From NCBI GenBank assembly GCA_038061715.1, contig JBBTYP010000003.1, forward strand, positions 12,034 through 76,033: a DNA stretch of 64,000 nt, written 5' to 3'. The notes beneath the pieces are model-generated. The model ran no database searches and was not told the origin of the DNA. It saw only the letters and a program-made list of their open reading frames with translations. Shown here piece by piece: positions 34,296 to 44,432 of the stretch; the first letter of the stretch is position 1, and each line of letters begins with the position of its first letter. The position numbers and the translations under genes were made by a program. The stretch comes from Patescibacteria group bacterium (GTDB lineage: Bacteria; Patescibacteriota; Minisyncoccia; Phycocordibacterales; UBA918).

Positions 34296-34844
34296 TTAAG
34301 TTATCCCATGGTAGAGAACAATCCCTGCCGTTACCGACACATTTAGCGACTCCTTTTGACCAAGCATTGGCAACTCTATGATCACATCAGCCAACTCAAG
34401 GGTCTCTTTTGAAACACCTTCAATTTCGTTGCCGACAATGTAGGCAACATGTTCTGGCTCTTTAAAGTCCTTGAGTAATATACTCCCCTTTGCTAGCTCG
34501 ACAGCTGCCACGGTTACACCGCTTATTTGTAGCTTCTCTATCACTTCCTTTGTGGTCGCCATCTGCTCCCACAGCATGGTTTCGCTGGCACCAAGCGACG
34601 TCTTTTTAATTTCTGATTGCACTCGCCCAAATCTATCTATTGGCGTTGGTGTATAGCCCACCAAAAATATCTTCGCCACTCCGGCGGCATCGGCAGTCCG
34701 AAAAATCGCTCCGACATTGTACGCACTTCTGATGTCTTCGAGGATTATGTATTTCACAATGGTAGCGTAGCAAAGAAAAATAACTTTTACGAGATGTTTG
34801 ATTTTTAAGACTAAAATGTTATAGTTTTGCCACTTTGGAAACAA
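34296..34844 (-). CDS. SpoU/TrmH-family RNA 2'-O-methyltransferase
   Basis: NVGAIFRTADAAGV and IVGNEIEGVS motifs of SPOUT methyltransferases. Confidence 0.75.
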   Translation of the reverse strand: MFPKWQNYNILVLKIKHLVKVIFLCYATIVKYIILEDIRSAYNVGAIFRTADAAGVAKIFLVGYTPTPIDRFGRVQSEIKKTSLGASETMLWEQMATTKEVIEKLQISGVTVAAVELAKGSILLKDFKEPEHVAYIVGNEIEGVSKETLELADVIIELPMLGQKESLNVSVTAGIVLYHGIT

Positions 34845-34866
34845 AGAATTAACCGAGCAAAAATAT

Positions 34867-34940
34867 CCGCCCTTAGCTCAGTCGGTAGCTTGGGGAGCAT
34901 CCCATGCTTCCCAACCCTTGATTAAGGAGATGGGTCGATA
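34867..34940 (+). pseudogene. Truncated/rearranged copy of tRNA-Lys 5' half (22 nt identical to tRNA-Lys 5' end, 26-nt hairpin insertion, retained anticodon-loop segment, no T-arm)
   Basis: ccgcccttagctcagtcggtag + cttggggagcatcccatgcttcccaa + cccttgattaaggagatgg, compared with the intact gene 27 bp downstream. Confidence 0.6.
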
Positions 34941-34960
34941 TAAATTAAGGAAGAATATTT

Positions 34961-35033
34961 CCGCCCTTAGCTCAGTCGGTAGAGCGGCTCCCTTTTAAGG
35001 AGATGGTCCCAGGTTCGAGCCCTGGAGGGCGGA
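34961..35033 (+). tRNA. tRNA-Lys (TTT)
   Basis: Acceptor CCGCCCT/AGGGCGG (C1-G72), D-arm GCTC-AGTCGGTA-GAGC, anticodon loop CTTTTAA, T-arm CCAGG-TTCGAGC-CCTGG. Confidence 0.8.
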
Positions 35034-35050
35034 CAAGTGAAAAGCCCCAG

Positions 35051-35087
35051 ACTTATGTCTGGGGCTTTTCTTTTTTCGTCCCCCTTA
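35051..35087. terminator. Intrinsic terminator after tRNA-Lys
   Basis: aaagccccagac-ttat-gtctggggcttt-tcttttttc. Confidence 0.75.
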
Positions 35088-35108
35088 GTAACAAGAGGTG
35101 AGTTTGAG

Positions 35109-37655
35109 CTACGGATTACTTGGTACTGGAACCAGTCTTGGGTTCGCTAACCAAGAGAAGCTAGAATACATTCTGATCTGTTGGCCGTTTCCTAGATCAC
35201 CGCCCGAACAATTGAGCAAATTATCGATGCAATTTTTACTCCATATATCCATCACGGTATGATCCCAGGCGCCAAACCAATCGGAGTGTAAGGTAGATCC
35301 TGGCGTCATCATGGTTCCGTTGGACATTTTGTCAGAAGACAGATACCAGCTTGGCAGATTGGCATCACTGGTATACCAGGCACCCAGGGTGAAGGTTGGA
35401 ATTACGTAAGGGTGGGTTGATGGACACTGGGCATAACCCTGACCAATGTAGCTTGAGTAGGCGACGTGAGAACGGTGGTTAGCACTATCGAGGTTTTTAC
35501 CGTCCCAACATTCTGGTGCGCTCAGTACCGCACCGATCTGGCTTCCAACGGGGCAGTTAAGTCTAGCTTTGTCGAGATCCGCATAGTGTCCTGACACCGC
35601 ACCGTTACCAATACAATTGAAGTAGCCAGCTCCTGTTGGTTTGGTGCCGCTGACCATGTCGTATCCGAAGACAAAACGTAGTCCACGAGGCAGGTCTACA
35701 CAACCCATCGCTCCAATCTTGGTACAAAGGGGATCAGTCTTAGGTCGTCGTTTGTAGTAAATACTGATGTAATCAGGTTTTACTACATTACCCTTACCAT
35801 CAAGCATGGCCGGCATCCAGTAGGCTGACCGGTTGAGTGGACTCATACAGGTACTATTACCAGTTCTCCGCAAGCTGTCATAAGTTGAGTTTGCATTGGC
35901 CAGAGTATTACCAAAGAATTGATGTAGGTGTGACTTACCGGGTTGTCCAGGGTAGACAATTGGATCATCGTAAATGAGTTGTCCAGCATTACAGATAAAA
36001 CGGAAGGCTCCAACTACGTCTGGTTTTGCGCTGGCTGGGATAGCTCCCGTTCCCCAAGAGGGGACCAGTTCAGAGCTCACGGTAAAGTTACTAGCAATTG
36101 CTGCCAGCTCAACCCCAGGAGGGATTCCACTAGGAGTTGGCGTCGGAGTAGGGGTTGGGGTTGGGGTGGGTTCTGGTGTCGGGGCTGGGATTGGGGTTGG
36201 GGTAGGAGTTGGAATTGGAGTACCCGCCAACAAGGCGTCAATGACTGGCTTGTAGACACGTGAGAGTTTTACCTGACCTCCTTCACCAACTCCTTGGGTA
36301 CTGTCAGTCGGATGAACTCCATCTTGGTAGAGGGTCTTATCTGCTGCCGCCACATCTGGTCCCATCGGGGTAGTACCGCCAAAATCAATAACGGCATCAA
36401 TCTTTTTTCCAACTTGGGCTTTCAGCAAAAGATTGACCTCGGCTCTCCTTTTATTAAAATTGGTATTGTTTAGAGTATTGTTTGTCCCTGGGACAGCTTG
36501 TGGCAATACTGTTCCCACGGCCACCTTGGCCCCTCCAGTCTTAATCGGTTCGATGTATGTAAGGAGTGCGTCAACGTAGGCTTGTGCGCTGGAATAGTTA
36601 AGTAATCCGTTGGCACCGACCAAAACCGAGAATACCTTGGGTTTCGCATTAAGAACTAGTTGCCGTCTGGCAGTCATAGCATTTATATCCGAACCGCCGA
36701 CAGCCAGTCCTTTGAAGGTGATGTCAGTTCGGGAACTAGAGTAAATCCCCGTGTAATTACCTCCCCAAAAAACCGATATACTGTCACCTTCCGCTACCAC
36801 TACTGGCTTACCAGAAGTAGTCGGGGCTGGTTCTGGAGCTGGAGCTGGAGTCGGGGTAGGAGTTGGAGTTGGATCTGGGTCCGGATTAGGTAGTGGGGTC
36901 GGTGTAGGGGCTGGTTTTGAGGAGCCTCCTCCTCCGCCGCCTGTACTAGTGCTGTCATTTGTTACCGTCACCTTGGTTGACCTAACTACAGTAGTGCCTT
37001 TAGCCAGACAACTTAGAGTATAAGTGAAAGTGCCCACTCTTCGCGCCTTGATTGTTTTGCTGCCGCTTTTAGGTTGGGTTCTGGACCAACTTCCAGAAGC
37101 CTTGCAAGAACTTACATTGAAGGCATTCCAACGTAGGACGAAGTTTTTACCTTTCTGAACGGTAGCTGGTGAAGCATATATTACAATTAAGGGCTCAGCT
37201 GTAATCCCGGCCGTCAAGGCTCTCATGGAGGCACTGTACGGTACGTTATAGGCTTGATCTGGAGATTTCGCCAAGTATTGGGAGTGTTCTTGGGTTAAGA
37301 AAAAAGCTGTTTGCTCATCAATAGCTCCTGACACCCTAATATTGTTATCGGTTTGGAACTTACGGACAGCGGCTTCGGTAAGTGGGCCGAAGTACCCCGT
37401 CGGAGAAACTCTTAGATAGTCCAAGTTGTGGAGAAACAACTGCATTCGAGCCACCTCAGTCGTTTCAAAACCAAAGGAAATCGGAAGTGCTTGTATGCCT
37501 TCAGATGTATCAAGTGCAACCGGTTCGGTGTGAACCACGCCGTTGTGGGCAAACGCAACCGAACTAGTAAGGAAGGACAAAAGAACAAAAGTTACAATCC
37601 TATTACTTAGAGTCTTCATGTAAATAAGCTTTATTTTAATAGTAATTAACAGCAT
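35109..37655 (-). CDS. Large secreted multi-domain protein: peptidoglycan-binding domain, SGNH/GDSL-type hydrolase domain, PT linkers, Cys/Trp-rich C-terminal domain of unknown function
   Basis: 848 aa; signal peptide; PG_binding_1-like [27 protein letters not shown]; [15 protein letters not shown] (GDS block I of SGNH hydrolases); PTPTPT linkers. Confidence 0.5.
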   Translation of the reverse strand: MLLITIKIKLIYMKTLSNRIVTFVLLSFLTSSVAFAHNGVVHTEPVALDTSEGIQALPISFGFETTEVARMQLFLHNLDYLRVSPTGYFGPLTEAAVRKFQTDNNIRVSGAIDEQTAFFLTQEHSQYLAKSPDQAYNVPYSASMRALTAGITAEPLIVIYASPATVQKGKNFVLRWNAFNVSSCKASGSWSRTQPKSGSKTIKARRVGTFTYTLSCLAKGTTVVRSTKVTVTNDSTSTGGGGGGSSKPAPTPTPLPNPDPDPTPTPTPTPAPAPEPAPTTSGKPVVVAEGDSISVFWGGNYTGIYSSSRTDITFKGLAVGGSDINAMTARRQLVLNAKPKVFSVLVGANGLLNYSSAQAYVDALLTYIEPIKTGGAKVAVGTVLPQAVPGTNNTLNNTNFNKRRAEVNLLLKAQVGKKIDAVIDFGGTTPMGPDVAAADKTLYQDGVHPTDSTQGVGEGGQVKLSRVYKPVIDALLAGTPIPTPTPTPIPAPTPEPTPTPTPTPTPTPSGIPPGVELAAIASNFTVSSELVPSWGTGAIPASAKPDVVGAFRFICNAGQLIYDDPIVYPGQPGKSHLHQFFGNTLANANSTYDSLRRTGNSTCMSPLNRSAYWMPAMLDGKGNVVKPDYISIYYKRRPKTDPLCTKIGAMGCVDLPRGLRFVFGYDMVSGTKPTGAGYFNCIGNGAVSGHYADLDKARLNCPVGSQIGAVLSAPECWDGKNLDSANHRSHVAYSSYIGQGYAQCPSTHPYVIPTFTLGAWYTSDANLPSWYLSSDKMSNGTMMTPGSTLHSDWFGAWDHTVMDIWSKNCIDNLLNCSGGDLGNGQQIRMYSSFSWLANPRLVPVPSNP
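36133..36225. repeat. Tandem imperfect hexanucleotide repeats encoding PT linker (second tract at 36828-36950)
   Basis: ggggttggggttggggtgggttctggtgtcggggctggga... direct reading. Confidence 0.8.
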
Positions 37656-37674
37656 TATACCCTTTTATCCACAG

Positions 37675-38367
37675 CTAAATCCCCAATATCCACTCCTCCA
37701 GCGCCCCGTCCAAATCCCGCTTCCCTTGGTGGGCTAGGTGGTAGAGTTCAAGCAGTGACCGTGACAAGGCCTCGACTTCCCCATCTTTAAAATTACGGAG
37801 CGACTGAGTAGCCTTTTTGTAGGGGTAGTCTTTCATACCAGCCTCCTTTGCACTTCTGCTTAACTTCGCTAGTCGAAGCGATTTGAGCTGCCACCAGAGC
37901 AGGCCGATGGTTTCTTCGTCGCGGACTCCGGCCGCACGAGCTTCCTGGAGCAAGACCCATAGTTGTTTTTTGTCCTTCTTCGCCAGAGCTTCGGTGATAG
38001 CAAAGCGATTGAAATCAGTGGCCTTCGTGGCGGTAAATTCTTCAATCTCAGTGGCCTGCTTGGAATACTTCTTTTTTTTGTCGGCGAGAAGCGGACCTTC
38101 AAGGACGATGAAGATATTATGTGAAGCAGCCAGCTCGGCCAGGGTGCCAAAAATCTCTGATTCAAAATCCTCATCACCAGATGGTGTGTCGAGCAAAAAA
38201 CACTCCTTACCGCCAAACAGCGAACTGGCGCCCACCGCGCTTGCCACCAAGCCTAGTTTATATTCACTATCATATATGATAGTGGGAGATACTTCGAATT
38301 TATCTATCTCGGTTTGAGCTCTGTCCCTAATTGCCCTTCTGTCTGTTCCGTAAAAAACTGCGAGCAT
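37675..38367 (-). CDS. holA: Putative DNA polymerase III delta subunit (HolA-like, short)
   Basis: N-terminus MLAVFYGTDRRAIRDRA... resembles HolA LYLLYGEE... start; located 1 nt after polA stop; only 230 aa. Confidence 0.4.
   Translation of the reverse strand: MLAVFYGTDRRAIRDRAQTEIDKFEVSPTIIYDSEYKLGLVASAVGASSLFGGKECFLLDTPSGDEDFESEIFGTLAELAASHNIFIVLEGPLLADKKKKYSKQATEIEEFTATKATDFNRFAITEALAKKDKKQLWVLLQEARAAGVRDEETIGLLWWQLKSLRLAKLSRSAKEAGMKDYPYKKATQSLRNFKDGEVEALSRSLLELYHLAHQGKRDLDGALEEWILGI
38264..38284. promoter_or_regulatory. Second copy of palindrome TCACTATCATATATGATAGTG, inside holA N-terminal coding region
   Basis: Exact 21-nt match to 30851-30871. Confidence 0.5.
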
Positions 38368-38368
38368 A

Positions 38369-40756
38369 CTATATTCTTACTTTCAACTTCTCCATGTCGC
38401 GCCAATTTTGACCGACTTTTACTTCGGCTACAATTGGCACTTCGAAAGTCTCTTTACCCTCTAATACTCCTTCCATAATTGAGAGTAAGATTGGTACTTG
38501 TTTATCTACTTCTCCCTTCTTAATTTCAAACACCAGTTCGTCGTGAATCTGCAAGAGCAAGTGTACTCTCTCTTCGAGTTTATTTTTCTTTAAATGCTCA
38601 GCAATGCGCACCATCGCAATGCGCACAATGTCAGCTGCCGTACCTTGAATCGGAGCATTGATAGCCATACGTTCGGCAGCAGCACGAATAAACGGCACGC
38701 TTGAAGCAATACCGGCAAAGTGCCTACGACGACCAAAAAGAGTTTCGGTGTACCCGAGCTTGCGCGCTTGAGTCTTCGTATCTTCTAGGTATTCCGCCAA
38801 GCGGGTGAAGGTTTGGAAATAAGCATTGAGGAAAGCTTGAGCGTCTTCACGAGTAGTATCTTCACCGAGATTGGTACGTAAGGCATTGACTCCCATGCCG
38901 TAAAGAATCCCGAAGTTAATCACCTTGGCCTTGCGGCGCATACTAGGCGTCACCTCCTCGCTCTCCACTCCAAAAACTCTCATCGCTACCCCGTGGTGAA
39001 CATCCTCCGCTTTACGGAAAATTTCAATCATGTTTTTGTCTTGCGACATTATCGCAGCAATCCGTAGCTCAATTTGAGAATAGTCGATAGCCACGAGCTC
39101 GTAGCCAGATGAGGCGGTAAAGGCCGCCCGAATGGCCATCCCCTCGGTACTCTTTACTGGAATGTTTTGAATGTTTGGGTCTTTACTTCCCATGCGACCA
39201 GTGACGGTTCCAGTTTGCAAAAAGGTGGTGTGGATCTTGCCGTCGTCTTTAACCAACGTCGGCAACGTATCAATATAGGTGGAGACGAGTTTTTGTAATT
39301 CACGATAACGAAGAATTTCTTCAATAATTGGATGTTCGCCTTTGAGCTTTTCGAGTTCCGACTCTTTAGTGGAGCGTTGCCCGCCAGCAGTCTTTTTGGC
39401 ATTTTTCACCTTAAGGCCCAGGGTATCAAACAAGATGTCGCCCAGCTGTTTGGGTGAGTTGATGTTAAATTCTACTCCTGCCTGTTTGTAGATGCGTTTT
39501 TCAAGTCCAGTCAATTCTTTGTGAAAATCTTTTGAAAGGGTTGCTAAGTATTTCACATCAAGAGTAATGCCTGTCTGTTGCATTGTTTCAATCACAGGAA
39601 TTAGTGGCTGTTCGATATCGGTAAAGATAGGCTCTAGACCGGTGTGGATTACTTTTTCGCGCAAAGCCTTTACCGTTTCGTCCCACCCGTTCACTTTAAG
39701 GAAAGACCGTCCGTAGTCGACAATATCGTCGTACGAAGCGTTGGTGCGTTCACTTTCAAGGAGCCAGAGTAAAATGGCTGCTTCCTTGAGCGCCTGTGGC
39801 GACACCTCTGATTCGTCGCCGCCACCTTCTTCAGCTTTAAGTTCAAACAGCTTTCGCACACGGTCAGTGACGGTACGAAAACCAAATTCTGAGAAAAGAT
39901 TAAGAATAGCGGTGGTATCAGCTCGCTCCCGCCACTTGGTACCTGTCACATCAAATGAATCGAGTGCGTCAGTGCGAATCGTAGCGAGCATTTTAGAAAA
40001 CTCAGCTTCTTCTTTTCCGTCTTTCAAAAGACCGATAATGCGCGGAGAGAGGCCAAGTTCTTTAAACTGCGTTTCATCTTTTTGTAGGGCCTTATACATC
40101 TTTTCAATCGTGCCAAATTTTGAAATTAGAGTGGTGCCAGTTTTTTCTCCAATGCCGACAATCCCGGGAATATTATCTGAGGTATCACCCCGCAAGCCTT
40201 TATAGTCTGGTACAGAGGTCGGCGAAAATCCAAATCGCTCTTTCACCATCGCTTCATCATACAAAATAGTATCCTTGATACCCTTTTTAAGCGTATAAAC
40301 CTGTACGCGTTTTTTATCGACACACTGAAGGGTATCCATATCGCCCGAAGCAATAATGACCCGCACGTGTGAGTGCTCTTTCATGTAGTGAGCGATACTT
40401 CCGAGCATGTCGTCAGCTTCAAAACCGGGCTTCTCAAAAATCGGAATACCAAACGCCGCAAAGATATCGCGCGAGCGTTCAATCTGGGCTACTAGTGCAT
40501 CGTCAGTCTTTTTACGTCCTGATTTGTATCCGTCAAAAGCAGTATGGCGATAGGTTGGCTCTGGTAAGTCAAAACACGCCACCATATAATCTGGACGAAA
40601 ATCTTCGATGATCTTTAGCAACATCGTTACCACTCCATAGAGAGCACCAGTCGGTTCGCCAGTCGGTGAAGAAAAATCTGGTAGGGCGTGAAAAGCGCGG
40701 TGCAAAATCGCATGAGCGTCGAGAATGACTAGAGTTTCTTCTGTTTGCTTGGTCAT
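38369..40756 (-). CDS. polA: DNA polymerase I (5'-3' exonuclease plus family-A polymerase; reduced 3'-5' exonuclease region)
   Basis: 795 aa; DYSQIELR (motif A), RRKAKVINFGILYGMG (motif B), LLQIHDELVFE (motif C); N-terminal FEN-like domain. Confidence 0.9.
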   Translation of the reverse strand: MTKQTEETLVILDAHAILHRAFHALPDFSSPTGEPTGALYGVVTMLLKIIEDFRPDYMVACFDLPEPTYRHTAFDGYKSGRKKTDDALVAQIERSRDIFAAFGIPIFEKPGFEADDMLGSIAHYMKEHSHVRVIIASGDMDTLQCVDKKRVQVYTLKKGIKDTILYDEAMVKERFGFSPTSVPDYKGLRGDTSDNIPGIVGIGEKTGTTLISKFGTIEKMYKALQKDETQFKELGLSPRIIGLLKDGKEEAEFSKMLATIRTDALDSFDVTGTKWRERADTTAILNLFSEFGFRTVTDRVRKLFELKAEEGGGDESEVSPQALKEAAILLWLLESERTNASYDDIVDYGRSFLKVNGWDETVKALREKVIHTGLEPIFTDIEQPLIPVIETMQQTGITLDVKYLATLSKDFHKELTGLEKRIYKQAGVEFNINSPKQLGDILFDTLGLKVKNAKKTAGGQRSTKESELEKLKGEHPIIEEILRYRELQKLVSTYIDTLPTLVKDDGKIHTTFLQTGTVTGRMGSKDPNIQNIPVKSTEGMAIRAAFTASSGYELVAIDYSQIELRIAAIMSQDKNMIEIFRKAEDVHHGVAMRVFGVESEEVTPSMRRKAKVINFGILYGMGVNALRTNLGEDTTREDAQAFLNAYFQTFTRLAEYLEDTKTQARKLGYTETLFGRRRHFAGIASSVPFIRAAAERMAINAPIQGTAADIVRIAMVRIAEHLKKNKLEERVHLLLQIHDELVFEIKKGEVDKQVPILLSIMEGVLEGKETFEVPIVAEVKVGQNWRDMEKLKVRI

Positions 40757-40802
40757 AAGTTCCAGTATATCGCGAAACGAAGCGCTGCCCTATGTACAAA
40801 CT

Positions 40803-41273
40803 CTAGTCTATTTGCACAGTACGAGTTGTTTGGTCTTTAATAGAAAAAGTGAGGTGGAGCGCCTCAGGCGGAAGAGCCCCTTTTACTAGTTCCGCCCACT
40901 CCACTACCACTAAAGTTTGGGGGTTCTTTAGAATTTCTTTAAAGTGTAAAGGAATGAGCTCTTCTTCGCTCTCAATACGATAAGCATCCATATGAATAAG
41001 TTGGGTGAAAGTGTCATCAAACGTTTCGTAACTTTTCATAATTGTGAAAGTGGGGCTAGTGATGTTTTCGTTGATATGCAAGCATCGACCAAGCGCTTGG
41101 GTAAAGGTGGTCTTGCCTGAGCCAAGATCACCATAAAGTGCCAGTGTCGTGGCGCTCGTAGACAATTTAGCTTTGAGTAAAACAAGTACCTCTCCCGCAA
41201 AGGTGTCGAGTTCGTCCTTATTGATATCGCGCACCACTCTTTCAGTCATGCCATGACTGTACCAAACCTCCAT
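40803..41273 (-). CDS. tsaE: tRNA t6A37 biosynthesis ATPase TsaE (YjeE)
   Basis: ALYGDLGSGKTTFTQAL P-loop and SPTFTIMKSYE block. Confidence 0.8.
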   Translation of the reverse strand: MEVWYSHGMTERVVRDINKDELDTFAGEVLVLLKAKLSTSATTLALYGDLGSGKTTFTQALGRCLHINENITSPTFTIMKSYETFDDTFTQLIHMDAYRIESEEELIPLHFKEILKNPQTLVVVEWAELVKGALPPEALHLTFSIKDQTTRTVQID

Positions 41274-41308
41274 CCTCCTGAAAAGGTACGTGTTATCATT
41301 TTCATATC

Positions 41309-43045
41309 ATGGTCCAGTTCAACGATGTGTTTGGCGGTAATCGCGCGGTTGATATGCGTGCGGGAGAAGAAGAACGTTACGTGCAAGCCATGGCACCACG
41401 TTTTGGTTTCCCTTACATCTATCTCCGCGGCTACACCATTAATCCTGAAGCCCTCTTACTGGTGCCAGAACAAACCTCCAGAGCGGCCGAGGCGGTGTGT
41501 TTTGAGATACGACAGAAAGTCGTATCTCTGGCGTCCAAAAACCCAACTACCCCGGCGGTCACGACTCTAATCGAAAACTTAGTAAAACGAAAATACACCG
41601 TACAGCTTTACCTCTGTTCCACTCAGAGTCTCGAACATGTCTGGGCTCGGTACAAAGACGTTGTGGCTTCGACTACCGAGCGAAAGGGTGTTTTTGAAAT
41701 CAGCCCAGAAGACATTCTCAAACTGAAGGAGACAATAAAAGTAAAAGAAGACATTCCGGCTCTCATGGCCGCTATTAGCACCGCTAATAATATCCGCCGC
41801 ATTTCGGCCCCCCTCGAACTTATCTTTGCCGGGGCTCTCGCATTAAGAGTTTCTGATATTCATATTGAGCCTGAAGAATCTGGTATTCGCCTACGCTATC
41901 GCTTCGATGGTGTCCTACATGATATTGTCGACCTCGACTCATATATATATCAACGCCTGATGTCACGCTTGAAGCTACTCTCAGGTATGACCCTAAACGC
42001 CAAGAAGATTGCCCAAGACGGCCGCTTCACCTTTGACACCGGTGAGAAAGAAGTGGAAATCCGCTCTTCGATTATTCCTGGGGCAGTTGGCGAATCAATT
42101 GTGATGCGAATTCTCGATCCGAGTGTGGCCAGTTTTACAATGGAAAACCTTCGTCTCAATGAATACATCAAAGCTGCTATCTGCCAGCAAATAAAAAAAC
42201 CAAATGGTCTCATTGTTACTACCGGTCCAACTGGCTCAGGAAAGACGACTGCCCTCTACGCTTTCTTACGCGAAGCACACAACGAAGGGGTAAAAATCAT
42301 CACTATAGAAAACCCAGTGGAGTATAGACTCGATGGTATCGTTCAGACCCAAGTAGAAGGCGATTATACTTTTGCTACTGGACTAAGAGCGGTTCTTCGC
42401 CAAGACCCTGACATAATTATGATTGGTGAAATGCGCGACTTGGAAGTAGCCGAAACTGCTATCCACGCCGCTCAGACCGGCCACTTAGTATTTACTACCC
42501 TTCACACTAATAGTGCGGCGGCGGGCTTTTCTCGCTTAATGGACATGGGTATTGATCCGCGTTCATTTGGCACTTCGATAAATATTTTGCTGGGACAACG
42601 CCTGGTTCGCATTTTGTGTAGTGAATGTAGAGAAGCGTATACTCCAAGTGCAGATGAGGTTAAAGTAATGAAAGCTGCCCTGATTAATCATCCCCATCAA
42701 TTAGCCGTCCCCGAAGGAGCCACCATTTACCGAGCTACTGGCTGTGTGTTATGTGGTGGCACAGGCTATAAAGGTCGAGCTGGGATCTTCGAAGGTATTA
42801 TTATGGATGAGTCGGTGGAAGAAGCTGTCTTACGCGACCCTCGTGAACATGTGATTCTAGAGGCCGCCAAACCCCAGCGGATTCCTTCTATACTGGAGGA
42901 CGGGATCGAAAAAGTCATTCTTGGCATCACTTCCCTAGCTGAGCTTGCGCGTGTGGTGGAGCTACCGCCACCACACGCACTGGATAAAGTGGCTACAAAA
43001 AAACCCGAACTTTCTGAAGATGATTTCAATTCTCATATCGTGTAA
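41309..43045 (+). CDS. pilB: Type IV pilus / type II secretion assembly ATPase (PilB/GspE family)
   Basis: TGPTGSGKTT Walker A, VLRQDPDIIMIGEMRD, HLVFTTLHTN His box, C-terminal CxxC...CxxC zinc motif. Confidence 0.85.
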   Translation: MVQFNDVFGGNRAVDMRAGEEERYVQAMAPRFGFPYIYLRGYTINPEALLLVPEQTSRAAEAVCFEIRQKVVSLASKNPTTPAVTTLIENLVKRKYTVQLYLCSTQSLEHVWARYKDVVASTTERKGVFEISPEDILKLKETIKVKEDIPALMAAISTANNIRRISAPLELIFAGALALRVSDIHIEPEESGIRLRYRFDGVLHDIVDLDSYIYQRLMSRLKLLSGMTLNAKKIAQDGRFTFDTGEKEVEIRSSIIPGAVGESIVMRILDPSVASFTMENLRLNEYIKAAICQQIKKPNGLIVTTGPTGSGKTTALYAFLREAHNEGVKIITIENPVEYRLDGIVQTQVEGDYTFATGLRAVLRQDPDIIMIGEMRDLEVAETAIHAAQTGHLVFTTLHTNSAAAGFSRLMDMGIDPRSFGTSINILLGQRLVRILCSECREAYTPSADEVKVMKAALINHPHQLAVPEGATIYRATGCVLCGGTGYKGRAGIFEGIIMDESVEEAVLRDPREHVILEAAKPQRIPSILEDGIEKVILGITSLAELARVVELPPPHALDKVATKKPELSEDDFNSHIV

Positions 43046-43064
43046 TCGCTAGAACACGCAAACT

Positions 43065-43105
43065 AAAAAACGTCACTTGCAAAATACTGCAAGTGACGTT
43101 TTTTG
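43065..43105. terminator. Intrinsic terminator after pilB
   Basis: aaaaaacgtcacttgc-aaaatact-gcaagtgacgttttttg. Confidence 0.75.
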
Positions 43106-43171
43106 TTGGGTCAATATAACAAAAAAAATATTTGTGTTATTTTTGAAAAAGTTCCCGGTACTTTCCAGACT

Positions 43172-43296
43172 ATAACTCTCTAAGCAAGGCTTCCGCATTG
43201 AAAGTGAATGCCGCGCTAAGGTAACCTTTCGCACTCCCATTCCAGGATGGGCGCCAAAAATCCCTCGCAACGCATCCAAGTTGCTTAGAGAGTTAT
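43172..43296. repeat. 125-bp element closed by a 16-bp perfect inverted repeat (ATAACTCTCTAAGCAA ... TTGCTTAGAGAGTTAT); candidate structured ncRNA or MITE-like element
   Basis: Direct reading; internal sub-hairpin gcatt-gaaagtg-aatgc; lies in 390-bp intergenic gap between pilB and ruvB. Confidence 0.5.
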
Positions 43297-43437
43297 ATTC
43301 TTGAAGTAATTGTAAAAGCGTGGGGCACCAACCAAGTTGGCGCAAGAGGAACGTAACGGGTACATACTAGCATATCTAAACTATTTGTCAACCCCACTCT
43401 AGGCCTTATTTAATGGCTTTTTTGCTATAATTACCTC

Positions 43438-44424
43438 ATGACAAAGACTCCATCGATTACTCGTGAGGAAGCAACCAATGGGCTGGACCGGACTTTACGG
43501 CCTCAGACTTGGGATGAATATGTGGGGCAGCGTAAAATCAAGGAGAATTTACGGATTCTCCTTACCGCTGCGCGCGAGCGGGGACATGCAGCCGAACACA
43601 TCCTTCTCTACGGCCCCCCCGGACTAGGTAAGACGACTCTGGCGAACTTGGTCGCCAAGACTCTTGGCACCAACATGAAGGTGACTTCTGGTCCAGCGAT
43701 TGAGCGGGTCGGGGATCTCGCCGCGATTCTAACCAACCTATCTCCAGGCGATGTTCTCTTCATCGATGAGATTCACCGTCTCTCTAAAAGTATTGAGGAA
43801 GTGCTCTACCCAGCGATGGAGTCGGGTGTGCTTGATATCATCATCGGTAAGGGTCCGTCAGCGCGCACTGTCCAGCTTGAACTCCCGCCGTTTACAATGG
43901 TGGCCGCTACCACTCGCATTTCTCTACTCTCTTCCCCTTTACGCTCACGCTTTTCGGGTGGAACTTTCCGTTTAGAGTTTTATGCTGATGACGAAATCGC
44001 GACTATTCTAGAACGCTCCGCTTCACTGCTTGGCGTATCCACTAACCGCGAAATCCTAGAACGCATCGCCAAGCGCTGTCGCGCCACTCCTCGTACCGCC
44101 AACTATCTTCTCAAGCGTTGCCGCGACTTAGCCCAACTTGAGGGTGGGGAACTCACGAGTGAAATTGTCGACAAGACTTTTGCTCTGCTTGAAATTGATA
44201 ACCTAGGCCTAAGTGCTCCTGATCGCGCCGTGCTCGAAGCCATCATTCACAAGTTCAACGGTGGCCCCGTCGGACTAAACACTATTGCGGCCGCCACTGG
44301 CGAAGAACCCTCGACTATCGAGGATGTAATTGAGCCTTATCTCATTCGCCACGGCCTCCTCGAACGTACTCCCCGCGGCCGCACCGTCAGCCACAACGCT
44401 TATGAGCATATTAAAAATCTGTAA
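43438..44424 (+). CDS. ruvB: Holliday junction DNA helicase RuvB
   Basis: LLYGPPGLGKTTLANLVA Walker A, LFIDEIHRL sensor region. Confidence 0.9.
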   Translation: MTKTPSITREEATNGLDRTLRPQTWDEYVGQRKIKENLRILLTAARERGHAAEHILLYGPPGLGKTTLANLVAKTLGTNMKVTSGPAIERVGDLAAILTNLSPGDVLFIDEIHRLSKSIEEVLYPAMESGVLDIIIGKGPSARTVQLELPPFTMVAATTRISLLSSPLRSRFSGGTFRLEFYADDEIATILERSASLLGVSTNREILERIAKRCRATPRTANYLLKRCRDLAQLEGGELTSEIVDKTFALLEIDNLGLSAPDRAVLEAIIHKFNGGPVGLNTIAAATGEEPSTIEDVIEPYLIRHGLLERTPRGRTVSHNAYEHIKNL

Positions 44425-44432
44425 TCACTACT

